From Schizochytrium sp. TIO01 (lineage: Eukaryota; Protista; Bigyra: Labyrinthulomycetes), in assembly GCA_004764695.1 (NCBI GenBank), contig SMSO01000031.1:1154436-1218435 (forward strand): a stretch of DNA of 64,000 nucleotides, in the 5' to 3' direction. Position numbers and translations under genes: made by a program. Numbering within the stretch: position 1 is the first letter of the stretch; every line of letters starts with the position of its first letter. The notes beneath the pieces were generated by a model, which worked only from the letters and a program-made list of their open reading frames with translations, ran no database searches and was not told where the DNA came from. Below, piece by piece: positions 46,381 to 59,232 of the stretch.

Positions 46381-49286
46381 GGTCGCAGTTCCTCTAAGCC
46401 CACGTGAAAGCCCAGGTCAACACAGGGGAATCTTTTTCCAAAGCGCTCAGTCGCCCCTCGCCCACAATGCGTACACCTCGCCAGCCACCTCCTCGAAACA
46501 GAAAACAACGAGTCAGGTCTTAGAGAAGGATGGTGTAGAAGCTCAAGGTGACTTGTTCGAAGTCACAAAACAGTTTTGAAGAAAGCGCTGTAGGTGCTTT
46601 CGCGCACAAGGTTCTTAGCGATGAGGGTTTGGACTGTTCGTGCCGGACTGCGGCAAAGTCCGACACGGGACACATGACATTAGTCCCGTATTATGTTTGG
46701 CTAGGATATCCTGGATTTAGGATTTTGATGCGAAAAGGGCAGTAAAAGGGTTGCCTGGCGGGTCTGGTTGACGAAGGATTGATCTGCATTCCCGTATCCA
46801 TCAATTTGTTGGTCTATAATTTTGCAAACGGTTTGCGACGGATGCTTAACATTGAGAATTGGTGTAATAATCTTAGACAGAATGTGGAGAGAAAAGTAAC
46901 ATTGCCTTTTAGAATTGCGAAAATAAACTTGATGCGAAGGTTGCTCACAAGGTGATGGGATGGAAGAGGATGTTCTGGTGAAAAGAGCGAGATCTAGTCA
47001 AGCAAGTGTATTCGGAGAAATAGAAATTAACGACCATGTTCCTGGCATAAGTTAATGGCTTCAAATTGATGGTTAAATGTTTTTTCGCAGAGAGGAGTCT
47101 CGGCAAGAAAAAATACCTCTGATTTCCACTTTAGCAGAAAGTAGAGCATCAACTTTTAAAGCCTGGGTATGAAATAAGCGTTCCCTCAAAACCTCGTTTG
47201 CTCAATGTGTCGTTGTTCGCCTTTAATTACAGCGATTGATTTAAAGTGTAAGGGAAAACGCGCTGTATTTTTCCAATTCATCTACTATAGATTTGGGTGA
47301 TAAAAAAGCAAAAAACGTTCAGGCTTGAAGGGTAAAATTAAGTTTATCGCAGCTTACATGCTCCTTTCAAAGAACACCGTCAAAAGGAAACACGAATGAA
47401 ATCTGCTTGAATTGGTATGAATTATAATTGGCCCAGCCCTGGGGAGGAACAAAATTACAACACACTTACAAACTGCCACCGAAATAAAATGACACCAAAA
47501 TGTACACGAGTTGTGCGACGGTGCTTATCTCTCGTCCTTGCGAGCTGAGCCGAAGTCTTTTACTATTTTTAAATTTATTTTTTATACTACGGCATGATCG
47601 CTTCCATGGTAAATCATAAAATATAACGGACTATCCTTGCTTCATCGGAGTTTGCCTGTTCGAACAAAAGGCGCTTAGCATACTTTACTTAATCATTCTA
47701 CAAACAGGAATACCTGTCTCCCCCTCGCGTCGTTGATGGTCACTTCCTATTCCCATGTTTTCTCTAACCTATTCAATGAATGCAGTTCTATCTCGTCAGT
47801 TATATATTTCGCTTGTCTTTTAAGAAAACAGGCTGTCCTCAAAATATCTTCAGTTATACACCACATAGTAGACCAGAACTCCTTCATGGGCAATTTCATA
47901 GCCAATAGCTAGCCGTTATTGATTGCCTGAAATGCCGCACAAAGCATTCCAGAGCATGCAAGGATCTCATATTTCCGTCCTGTTGATCATTTCACTAAGA
48001 TATAAAACACCAAAGCTCATGAGCACTGTCCATCCTCCAGCGAGTACGATCGAATCCGCATTCATTCATTATTACAACACATTTACATATATTTAGTAGG
48101 CACCTGGACCGTCAAAATCCCAATCTGGCTTCACTTATTATGCCCCAATTCTGCGTCTATCGGAGAATCCACGTGAGCTATCCACGAAGGATGGCTCGGG
48201 AGATCGGTCTCTGTTGCCTTCCATTCTTCAACGTCGGATTTCGCTCCACTGCAGCGACGGCCATTTCGATTTCGATGCTTTCCTTTTAGTTTTAGTACCT
48301 AGGTAGTACTATGTACTCCGTCGAGAAATCCATAAAACATCCGAGTCTTCGGTAGACTCAACCACCTCAATGTCTTTCATTCAGCACAATGAGCTCAACA
48401 CTATACTTTACAGTGCACAAGTGAAGTATTTCTATACGTCACTGTAAGTGGATGAATGTACACTGCGTGATAATGGAGTAAGTGAGGTAGTTGGTACCGT
48501 AGGGGTCAGATAGACACGATTAGGAGTGTGCCTGAATAGAAGAGAAATGAGGGAAATGAGTGAATGAGGGAGCACATGGAAATAAAAAGGAATGCAATCG
48601 ATTGTTGCCAAGCCTGTTTGCGGAGCCTTGGCAGAGCCCTTTCGGGATCTTCGCGGCGTGACGCGTGCGGAAGGCGGGCGTTGCTGTCGTGGGGGCCTCT
48701 GTCGCGAGCTGTGCGACTCCCTCTCTCGGGGCGGGACAGGGTCGTGGAGAAATAGTCAAGCAATAAGAAGGAAAAACTTATAGCTGCAGCAACGTTGGTA
48801 CACGAAACTGCGTTTGAAAGCGCCAAAGACGAGGACCTGAGGTGCTGCAGCAACTCAAGACCTTGCACAGACTACTGGAGCAGCCTAAGGTCGAATCTCC
48901 ACGCATTCAGAGCTCGTTAAGTGAAGGGGTGTGGACCAACGGCGGCAGATTTGCAAGCTTAAGACCTTCAGACCAAGTTCTACGACTTGTGGCGTCTCAA
49001 TTGCAGTGGACTTTTCAGCAAATCTCAAAAGAGTTTTGTGGAACAAGAAGAAGTCTCTTCAAGATTCTTGGTTGAGTCAAGAAGGCAACGAGCGAAGTAT
49101 TTTCGCCAGAGAATCAATAGGTCTGAAGATTCTATCGAGGAGGGTTTCTGCTAGCTAGGTGCCCTCATTTGACGAGCGTATTACCTCTTTGTGTATCTTT
49201 TGCCTATTCATCTAGTCAGCTTCGTGTTATTGAATTGTGACCCAGAGCAGTTAGTTGTGTGTATGAAATTTTGAGCCATAACCCAA

Positions 49287-52200
49287 ATGCCGCGCGGAGT
49301 TAAAAAAAGTGAAGTAGGCCCGAAGCGTGGGGTCAAGCGTAGCGCCCGGGGTGGGCGTGCTGGCACGTCTACGCGTGGTCGCAAGCGGAAGTCGCCTGGA
49401 AGATCGGAAACTCCGAAGAGGGGCACAGGCAAGCGCCCTGCCTCAGCAGATTCCAAGCGGGAAGATGAAAACACGAACGTCAAAAAGGCGGAGCAGCAGG
49501 AGCTCCTGTTGAAAATGCCTCATCCCAAGCAGCGGGACCCTTACATTTCCACGAGTGGCTACAAGCAGCACATTGATAACAATATCGTGCGTGTGGAGAA
49601 TGACATGGATGCCTCCGAAGCTGTAGTGAAGAGTGAAGAGGAACTTATTCAGGAGACATGCCGCCTACGTGCTGAACGTGATGCATTGATTACCATGGAA
49701 GCTCGAAGGTTTATTTGGACCATGAATATTGAACCGGTCTTGCAAAGCCTGAGCCGAGACACGGCCAAGGCTGCGCAGCGTAAGATGCAGGTTACGCCTT
49801 CCACATGTGGAGGCTGGTCCGGCAAACGGTGAAGCGGCCAATGGCACTTCTACAGATACCAGTAGTGAAGCAGAAGTTGGAGAAGATGCCGCCGAAGAGG
49901 AGCTTGATGCTAAATTTACCGCATTTGCAGCAGAGCCTTTTCAGGTTGGCATGGAACTTGAGGTGTTTCAAAAGAAGTGGAAAACGTGGTTTGAATCAAA
50001 AATTGAAGAAATTATATCTGTACCTGACAAGGATTCCGTGGAAAGTATTTCTAAGGATGGTGACCCAGATGACAAGTTTCGTGTCCACATTCACTTTTTT
50101 GGATGGGCCAAAAAGCATCGTATTTGGCTTGATATTAAACGCGGTGATCTGGAGCCTGATAAGATGCGCGAACTTGCTCAGTTTGCCCCTCCTCGAACCC
50201 ATACAAGCGGTGTCAAGTTTGGATCTCGGCGCAGTGCAATGCTCAAAGAGAAGCGGCTTGAGCGAGAACGTGCCCTGGCTGAACGTAAGGCATTAGACAA
50301 TAGCGATGATGAAGATGATGACGACAGCAATGAGGATGAGGATGAGGATGAGGATGAGAATGAGGATAGCGATGAGGATAGCGATGATGATGATGACAAT
50401 GACAGTGAAGATGACGACGAGGAGAATTCTAGCAGTGGAAACGGAGATGGTGCCTCTTCTACTCCATCAAAGCGATCTGGACGTCGATCAGTTCAAGAGG
50501 TCCGTCTTGATGTGGATTTGTCAAATGTTGTGGATGGGCCACGTCAGCGACGCCGCGCATTAGACAAAAAAATTGCTGTTCCGGTCGCTTTCAAAGAACA
50601 ATCTGTCTGCTGCTTCTGTGGTGAAAAGCATTATAAGCGAGATCTTAATAGTACCGAGGAGCTATGGGTGTGTCAGCTCGGGTGTGGTCGTGCCTTTCAC
50701 GGACCTTGCTACAAGGAGATTACCGAAGAATCAATTGAAGCTGCAACCGTGCATGGGTCCTTGGAGTGTGCTCAATGTCGCAAAAACTCCCACAATTGTT
50801 ACGCATGTGTTATGCAAGAGGACGCTGATGAAGAGGAAATCGATGCTGACCCCATGGAACTAGGTAGTAGTTCTAATGAAAAGGAAAGAGATGATGAAGA
50901 TAGCAGCGGTAATGACAGCGATGATGATAGAAGTGAAGATCGAAAGAGCGAAGCGTCTGACTCGCAGGCGGCGTCCAAAGCTAGTGGACGCGCAAGTGCA
51001 TCCACGGGCAGCAAAAGCCAGAATGGCGTCAAGAAGATCGAAAAGGAGGAGCAAGAAAGCGATGATGACGATGAGGAAGACCCTGAGGACAAACCTATCA
51101 AATGCAGCGTTTCTGGATGTACGCACTTTTATCACCCATCCTGTGTATGGGATTTAGGAGCCCGCTGTCGTGTTATTGCACCAAATGGCAAGACCTACCC
51201 CGCAACAAAGGAGAACTTTAAGCGTGTAGCAACAAATTTACCAAATGGAATGATCTGTCCACAACACGGTTGCCGTGCATGCTACGACCGGAATCCAAAC
51301 TCGGAACAAGCTTTCAAGAAACCGCACAATTTGGTCCCGTGTATCACCTGCAACAATGCTTTCCACGAGCGCTGTCTTCCTCATGGTGGTCTTCAGAATG
51401 GACTCGGGCTTGTATGTAATTCATGTGCTCGTGAATATGATGCACCATTGAGCGGAACTACCGACACACATTTCTTAATGCAAAAAGCTGGACGGCGCTC
51501 AGGCCTGACAAAATTTGATCCGTGCCGGCATTTGCAATCCTTGTATAAGAATATGGATATGAGTGGCCCGTTGACAGCCCGCATGCGGCTTCCTGAATTA
51601 CAGGAGTGGCACAATGAGATGGCCGAAAAGAGCGGAATCAAAACAAAAGAGCCTGCTCCAAAGAAGGTTAAGGTGAAGAAGGAAAAGCCCTCCAAAGCTC
51701 CCGGCAAGTCACGCATGCCCAAGTACAACCCCATCAAGTCCAACCTCTATGTGACACCTTGCAAGCCTATTCTCAATACCGACCTACTTGAATCCACCTG
51801 CAAGTGCAAGGATGTGTGTGGCGAAAACTGCGACAACCATATGCTCCGTATTGAATGCGTTCGTGAAGGCGACCGAGGATCAAAAAGTATTCCGGTGAAT
51901 TGTACAGCTCGGGCGTGCAAAAATCAACAATTTCAACAAGGTAAAATCAAAGATGTCAAACCAATTGAAACCCCGGGTCGTGGTTGGGGCCTAGAGCTTC
52001 GCGAACCGGCTCATGAAGGTGATTTCATCATTGAATATGTTGGCGAAGTCCTCACAGCAAAGGATGCACGCCGCCGTATGGAGCAAGCAATGGCAAACAA
52101 CGAACCTCATGTGTTTCAGTTGGACCTTGGAAATGATCAAATCATTGATGCCCGGCACAAGGGAAACCTTGCTCGTTTCGTCAACCATTCCTGCGACCCG

Positions 52201-52763
52201 AACTGTGCACTTCAAAAATGGAACGTTCGTGGTGTCACACGTGTAGGAATTATTGCTAAGCGCAGAATCGAGGCAGGTGAAGAACTCAGTTTTGACTATT
52301 CATTCGAGCAGAGCTCCGACTTACATTTTCATTGCCTGTGTGGTGCACCCAATTGTCGTGGTACGCTAACTGCAATCTCTTCAAAGTCAAGTCAAGCTAA
52401 GTTGGAGTTAGAGCGCGTATGCCAAGATATTAATCGTCTCAAGAACCTTCGTGCGGATGTGAGAGGCGGTTTACTCCCTTGTCGCCAGTTGCGGCACTTG
52501 GTCAAGCAAGCCCGTTCGGACTGGGAGGATCTCCGAGAAAACAAGCCGCATACGAACGTCGTGTGAACTTGCGCATTAAACGTGCGCTACCTGCATCGCG
52601 TACTATGCTAGACGTATCGCGTATCACTTCTATGCAAAAACAGTCCACAGATGGTTACCCTCGTACCGAGACTGGTGCATTGATATTTTTGCACCGTAAT
52701 GTATCCACAGGAGCCGACATGCAACGTCGTGCCAAGCTATTCAAAGCTCACAAAAATAAGTAG
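49287..52763 (+). CDS. NSD/ASH1-like histone lysine methyltransferase (chromo-barrel/Tudor-knot, PHD fingers, AWS, SET, post-SET); frameshifts near 49805 and probably 52478
   Basis: GRGWGL, FIIEYVGEV, IDARHKGNLARFVNHSCDPNC, GEELSFDY, CLCGAPNCRG; three PHD-like Cys/His arrays. The flanking ORFs 49287-49832 and 52479-52763 read as continuations. Confidence 0.9.
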
Positions 52764-53429
52764 CTTGCCGAACCACGTGATTGTGTAAGCTTTTTTGAAA
52801 TGACATGCCAGCATTTTTTAAAATCTGCAATTAAATATGTAGGTCCACCTTATTTTCTGATACTATTCTAGATAATCAATCTAACCAATTTTCTTATTTT
52901 CAATTCGACTCACATCCGCGACACAGATCTTTTGCGAATTTATAGCAGAAATTAGTCGAAAATAATCATTTAGGGAGAAGCAAGAAAGTAATGGCAAACA
53001 GATACCCACAGCGAAAAGATGACAATGATGGTTTGTTGAATGACCTTTATAGAATCTACATAGTCAGCCCCAACATTGATAACTTCGTGAACATTATATC
53101 AAGGCAAGAGGAGGAAAAGACAGGGAACACGTTTGTCTGGGAGATCAAGGATCCAAAATCTAAAGAGTAAAACGACATGATACACTTCATTTCCTAAATT
53201 AAAAAAAAGAAGAAAAGTACAACGCAGTCCAAGCTCACAGACGCGTGCGGGTCCAGGGCCTACGACACAACTTTAAGAAGTGGTTTCGAGAACATTCTCG
53301 AAACAAACCGATTTCAGTGCTCCGGGGGCGAAACAATTTCATAGCAGTTGAAAGATCTGGAGACCAGCGAACAGGCCTCGTGATAATGTACGAATCAGTA
53401 GCTTGCTTTTTTGTTTTTTGTCTTTTGTT

Positions 53430-55859
53430 TTATCTAGATGCAGAATCCTGCTTAGAAAAATCTGATGAAGATGCTGTAGCACCAGTTCCTGTGGAGTTAA
53501 CACGGCAAATATTGGAGTCTCTATCGGTACTATCCTCATCCTCATCCTCCAGTTCCAAGCCCCGGTTCTCCTGGATTTCGATAATAGGAGGTGGGGTATT
53601 AAGGTCCACAATTTTATTCTCTGCGTAGTAGACGGCATGGTTCATGGTCACATACTCTTGCACACAAATTCCAGAGCGTTTAAGAATATCACGGAAATGT
53701 CCACGGCAGTGGCACATGATAAGCTCAACGCCCATCTTGTCGAGTTCACGTTGAATTTTGGCAAGAGTTTTCAAACCCGAGGTATCGCAATCGGTGATAG
53801 ATGATGCATCAAGAACAACTGAGTGAACCTTTGTGCGGCGCAAGTATTCCTCTTGTGCCTCATTATCAGGAAAACGACCTTCTTCAACCATGTCCTCAAA
53901 ACGGTCACTCTCGGCGACAATGCGCTCCTCAACAGCACCCATAAGGTGCACACGAAGGTCCTCACGGTTAGCAAAGTGCAGGGCACTGTCAAAGCGAAAA
54001 ACAACAACACCAGGCACCGGTACTGCCTCCCCAAATCGTCGTAAATCCTTGAAAAGGTTTGGCATTTTCGGGAATCGGCCCATAACCGCGTAATGAGGAT
54101 GAGATACTGTGTAAAGAAGCACAATAATGGAGTAGCCAACACCAACCGCTAGACCGTATGTGATACCGGCCAAAAGTACAGCAAAGAAAGTAACAAGCCA
54201 AATGGATAAGTCACGCTTGTCTGAGCGCCAGAGCTCACGGACTTCCTTGACCTGCATAAGCAACCCCTTGAGAGAGTCAAAGATAATTGCCGATAAACAG
54301 GAGTATGGCAGGTTCTCGAGATAGGCAGTCATCACGTAAAGAACGAAAATAATAACACATGACGAAACAACATTATGAAGAGGTGTTTTAGCTCCAAGCT
54401 CGTGAACAATAGCGGTTCGAGAAAGTGACGAGAAGGCAGGGTGGCCATTGAAAATACCGCCTAGAAAGTTTGCGATTCCAAGCGCAAAGAGCTCCTGGTT
54501 TGAAGAAACTTCGTAGTTGTTTTTTGCAGCAAAGGTCTTGGACGTTGCAATCGACATTGCATATCCAACAATCGAAATCACGACAACAGGTACAATGAGT
54601 TCTCCTGCAATGTCAAATGCTGTTGGAAAGTGAGGAGCAGGGATACCAGACTCCACTTCGCCAAGTACCTTTACACCATATTTATCATGCAAGTCAAATC
54701 CCCAGGTGATAACTGTCGAAACAACCATAACAATAAGCGCGATCGGCAGGTTGCGAATGTACATGCGACGAGCGAGGTCGGTGGTTTTGAACTCTCGAAA
54801 TGCAGTGAGAACAATATAGCTAATAATACCAATCAAGAAGGCTGCAACATTGGTATTTTTCAACTGCTCAAAAATATGCACCCACTCTGGGAAAAAGTTC
54901 CCGCGTGGAATTGTGATACCAAAAAAATGGCTCATTTGAGATGTGACAATCAAAAAAGCACCACCGGTAGTCAGGCCCGAAATCACTGGCATGGCCAAGA
55001 AGTTGACCAGTGAACCAAGCTGAAGAAAGCTCAGCAATGACAAGAAAATGCCTACAAGAAGTGAGCATGTGAGAACTGCCTCGATATAACGGTTTTGATC
55101 CTCATCAGGATCAACGATATCACCGACGGTACTAGCAATAAGAAGAGAAATGATAGCGAATGGTCCAATTTGGAGCTGGACACAGGTTCCGAGAAGACCG
55201 TACACGACAGGTGCCACGAGACAAGCATAGAGTCCGTATTGAGCGGGGAGATCTGCAAGCAAGCCATAACTGATTCCTTGAGGGATCAGAATAATACCGA
55301 CAGTAACACCAGCGATTACGTCGCCCTTGAGGTTTTCCTTAAAATCATATTTTGGCAACCACTCCACAAAGGGGAAAAAGCCCTTGGCGTGTTTTTTGGT
55401 CTGGTATGAACATGATTCTTCCTTTCGGCGGCGCCTCCTGGTGCTCTGGCTTTCAGTGTCGAAGTCATCGTCAAAGTCGATCTTGCAGCAGCAGGAGCAC
55501 ATTTTTGCGCCTGGGACTTTCTTCCAGGCCTCTAGGAGATGGTTTTTCTTCGGGTGAGTCTCTTCGTAGAGCATTGCAACCTCCTGCTCCGTAACGACGT
55601 TCTTCATGAGGGAGACGCTTGCATCATTAGAGTTACGGCGTATCACGCTCACATCTGACAGAGTCTGCCGAGCACGAACGTGATTTCCAGACTCAAGCCC
55701 ATTTTCGAGTTGTCTAGGAGTTTGATTGCGCATTTCGGTTGAGTTACCACTGTTTCCGCTGCTGCTGCTACCCATGCCATTGTATGGAATGTCTACGACC
55801 TCAAAAGTTCCCCCTGAGGTCCCCTCCTCCTCATGGTTGTTGTGCCCATTTGAGAGCAT
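53430..55859 (-). CDS. SLC26/SulP anion transporter with STAS domain
   Basis: GDVIAGVTVGIILIPQGISYGLLA, YGLY, IGPFA, NQELFALGIAN, SLSRT; STAS motifs FRFDSALHFAN and VVLDASSITDCDTSG. Confidence 0.95.
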   Translation of the reverse strand: MLSNGHNNHEEEGTSGGTFEVVDIPYNGMGSSSSGNSGNSTEMRNQTPRQLENGLESGNHVRARQTLSDVSVIRRNSNDASVSLMKNVVTEQEVAMLYEETHPKKNHLLEAWKKVPGAKMCSCCCKIDFDDDFDTESQSTRRRRRKEESCSYQTKKHAKGFFPFVEWLPKYDFKENLKGDVIAGVTVGIILIPQGISYGLLADLPAQYGLYACLVAPVVYGLLGTCVQLQIGPFAIISLLIASTVGDIVDPDEDQNRYIEAVLTCSLLVGIFLSLLSFLQLGSLVNFLAMPVISGLTTGGAFLIVTSQMSHFFGITIPRGNFFPEWVHIFEQLKNTNVAAFLIGIISYIVLTAFREFKTTDLARRMYIRNLPIALIVMVVSTVITWGFDLHDKYGVKVLGEVESGIPAPHFPTAFDIAGELIVPVVVISIVGYAMSIATSKTFAAKNNYEVSSNQELFALGIANFLGGIFNGHPAFSSLSRTAIVHELGAKTPLHNVVSSCVIIFVLYVMTAYLENLPYSCLSAIIFDSLKGLLMQVKEVRELWRSDKRDLSIWLVTFFAVLLAGITYGLAVGVGYSIIVLLYTVSHPHYAVMGRFPKMPNLFKDLRRFGEAVPVPGVVVFRFDSALHFANREDLRVHLMGAVEERIVAESDRFEDMVEEGRFPDNEAQEEYLRRTKVHSVVLDASSITDCDTSGLKTLAKIQRELDKMGVELIMCHCRGHFRDILKRSGICVQEYVTMNHAVYYAENKIVDLNTPPPIIEIQENRGLELEDEDEDSTDRDSNICRVNSTGTGATASSSDFSKQDSASR

Positions 55860-57515
55860 TCTACGCAGTTTCTGCAAAACCCTTATTCTTCCTGCGATCT
55901 AGGAGCTACTAATTTGCTTTGCGTGAGTTTTCAATTCAGGGCAACAGCAGAATGACTTATTTCTCCTTTTACTTCGGAAATCTTTTTTGCAGTGTGTTTT
56001 TCTACACCTCCGCACGCGTCGCGACAAGCCAAGCTTTACACAAACTTTGTCGGGCTCAACGTTACCTGCCTAGGTATCAGCCAGTATCTAATGTCGCAGC
56101 AAGTCAACAATCTTACTCTCACACACCTCACGATACGAACCTAAAGACAGTCAGGAAGCCACAGCGTCTCCACCCTGACACAGCAAACCGCCCGGTCTTT
56201 TGGCTCTCGTAGGTTGGTTTGAGTTTGCAGATATGGTTTTGCCGCTTCTTAGCTTTTGGATCCTAATAGCCACGCGTGCTGTCTGGCTTCTTCCCGTTGC
56301 TCAGGTCCTGGTCCCTCAAATGAAGTCGAGACTAGCTCTTTCGACTCCTTGAAACTCCAGTAAGCTCAGACGCACTCACAACCAGGCCGCCCTCGTCTAC
56401 GTATGCTGGCCAGGTGACACCTAAGCTACTCTCCGTTTTGCTGCTGGTGGCGTTGCGAGGGCTTGAAGCGACGTAAGCTTTGGAGTTTGTCCAAATTTCG
56501 ATGAACTGATTTTACTGTGATATGTCTGTTTGTTGGTTTTCAAGATTCAGGTGATGGAATGAATCCGTGGCGCGGTTCTATGCGGCCGCCAGATAGACAG
56601 AAACGGGTTTGCCCCAGTCCGGCTCGCTGGTTGGATTGGTACCGTCTGCGAGCTCGTTTGTTGGTCTGGCTGGTTGCCCAGTAGGTTGGTTTCTTCGTGT
56701 GTTTGTTGTTTATTTTTTGTTTGTCTGTCTGGGTTTGCTGTTCGCATTTGAGAACTCTTCGGAAAGAATTTGAGACATAAAAGCGTCGCCAAAAACTTTA
56801 ACTTTCTACGTAGAGTAGGCAAGTACTACTACTTTTTCTGTTCATCATAAATAACGAATGGTTAAAACACATTTTAACACGCTATCTCCTCCTTTGCAAA
56901 CTGCCTTTTCGCAGATTTTATTATTGATTGATTGATTGATATCATAAAATTTACATAATTAATTAAAAAAAGCAAAAAGAAGAGAAGTGAACAGTTCACT
57001 ACGAAGTAATAGAAAATATAACTAAAAATCAATCAATCTAAGCAGAAACAACGAAAGAACTTAAAAGAAACTCTCAAGAAAATTTCAAACTCCATCCAAG
57101 CTCAGATATGACATGATCGATTGATCGATTGACGCAAAGGAGCATTTCTTCGCCAAGCCCCCCGCTTCGATCGAGGCGCGGGCCCAGCGGCACCCTCGCA
57201 GCAGGCTCGAGGCGCCCGGCTGTGCTCCGCGGGTCTCGAGCTCGAGGGCTCCGCAGCGCTGGCCGATGGAGCAGGCTTGCTTTCTTCGAGGGACTTACTT
57301 ACTCCGAAGACTTTGGCCCGTCGAACGCCGAACGAGGCGGACCCGGGCAATCTGCGGCACGAGTTTTTGCCCGCCCAGGCCCAGTCAGCTGGAAGAGGCA
57401 GCGGACCACGCCACGCCACGCCACGCCTCGCCGTCCGACCTGAGGCCGCCGCTCGGCTGCGGAATCCGTGAAGATCCCGTTGAAGCCATAATATCATTCG
57501 ATGTTTCGAGAGATC

Positions 57516-58605
<1,090 letters not shown>

Positions 58606-59200
58606 AATTTTGGATTGAGAAGGAAAGTAACGTAGCGTGTCATAGTAGTGTTTACTTAGGAGCGCTTCATTCATTTAATTTAATGTAGAACAACAGTTAA
58701 TAATGGTGATGATGATAATGATAAGGAGAAGAAGAAGAGAACTTCTTTATTCCTTTTGATCCTTCGAATTCTCTGCCTATGGCAATGAGAGAACACAGAC
58801 AGGCGGAAGGATGCGGCTTCAGGGTTTCCTGGAAACTCGAGATTTGCGAGTCGACCGCCAAAGAAAAGGCCCGTCGCCGAGAAGGGCAGGTCCAAGGTCT
58901 CAAGATTCGAAATGTGGGTGCAAGAAACTAACTGGTGATGTGATAAGTCAGTACTCTGCCACTCCCCGTTTTGTAATGAACACAGCTGCCATTTCATTTG
59001 TGGCTTACTTTGCTTCAAGTTCTGCTTTTTTCTTTCTTCTCGCTTTCCTTTCATTTGTTTTACTTCTTCTACAATTAATTTTATTCTAAAATTAATGTTA
59101 ACTTAACTTTAAAACTAAAACATAATATCTCAAACTCTGTTACGGCGACCAACACTTCACTGTACTACGGCCCGTGTAATGTTTAGGATAGTACACCCCC

Positions 59201-59201
59201 A

Positions 59202-59231
<30 letters not shown>
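59201..59231. repeat. (AAAG)n microsatellite
   Basis: Directly visible. Confidence 0.85.

Positions 59232-59232
<1 letters not shown>

Noticed and set aside
46750-49200. Hidden gene or RNA in the long intergenic region
   Set aside because: Only short, motif-less frames; no tRNA/snRNA-like structure or terminal repeats recognised.
11690-52490. Programmed ribosomal frameshifting or an alternative genetic code
   Set aside because: Mixed shift directions, no common motif, association with homopolymers, and conserved genes end at standard stops.
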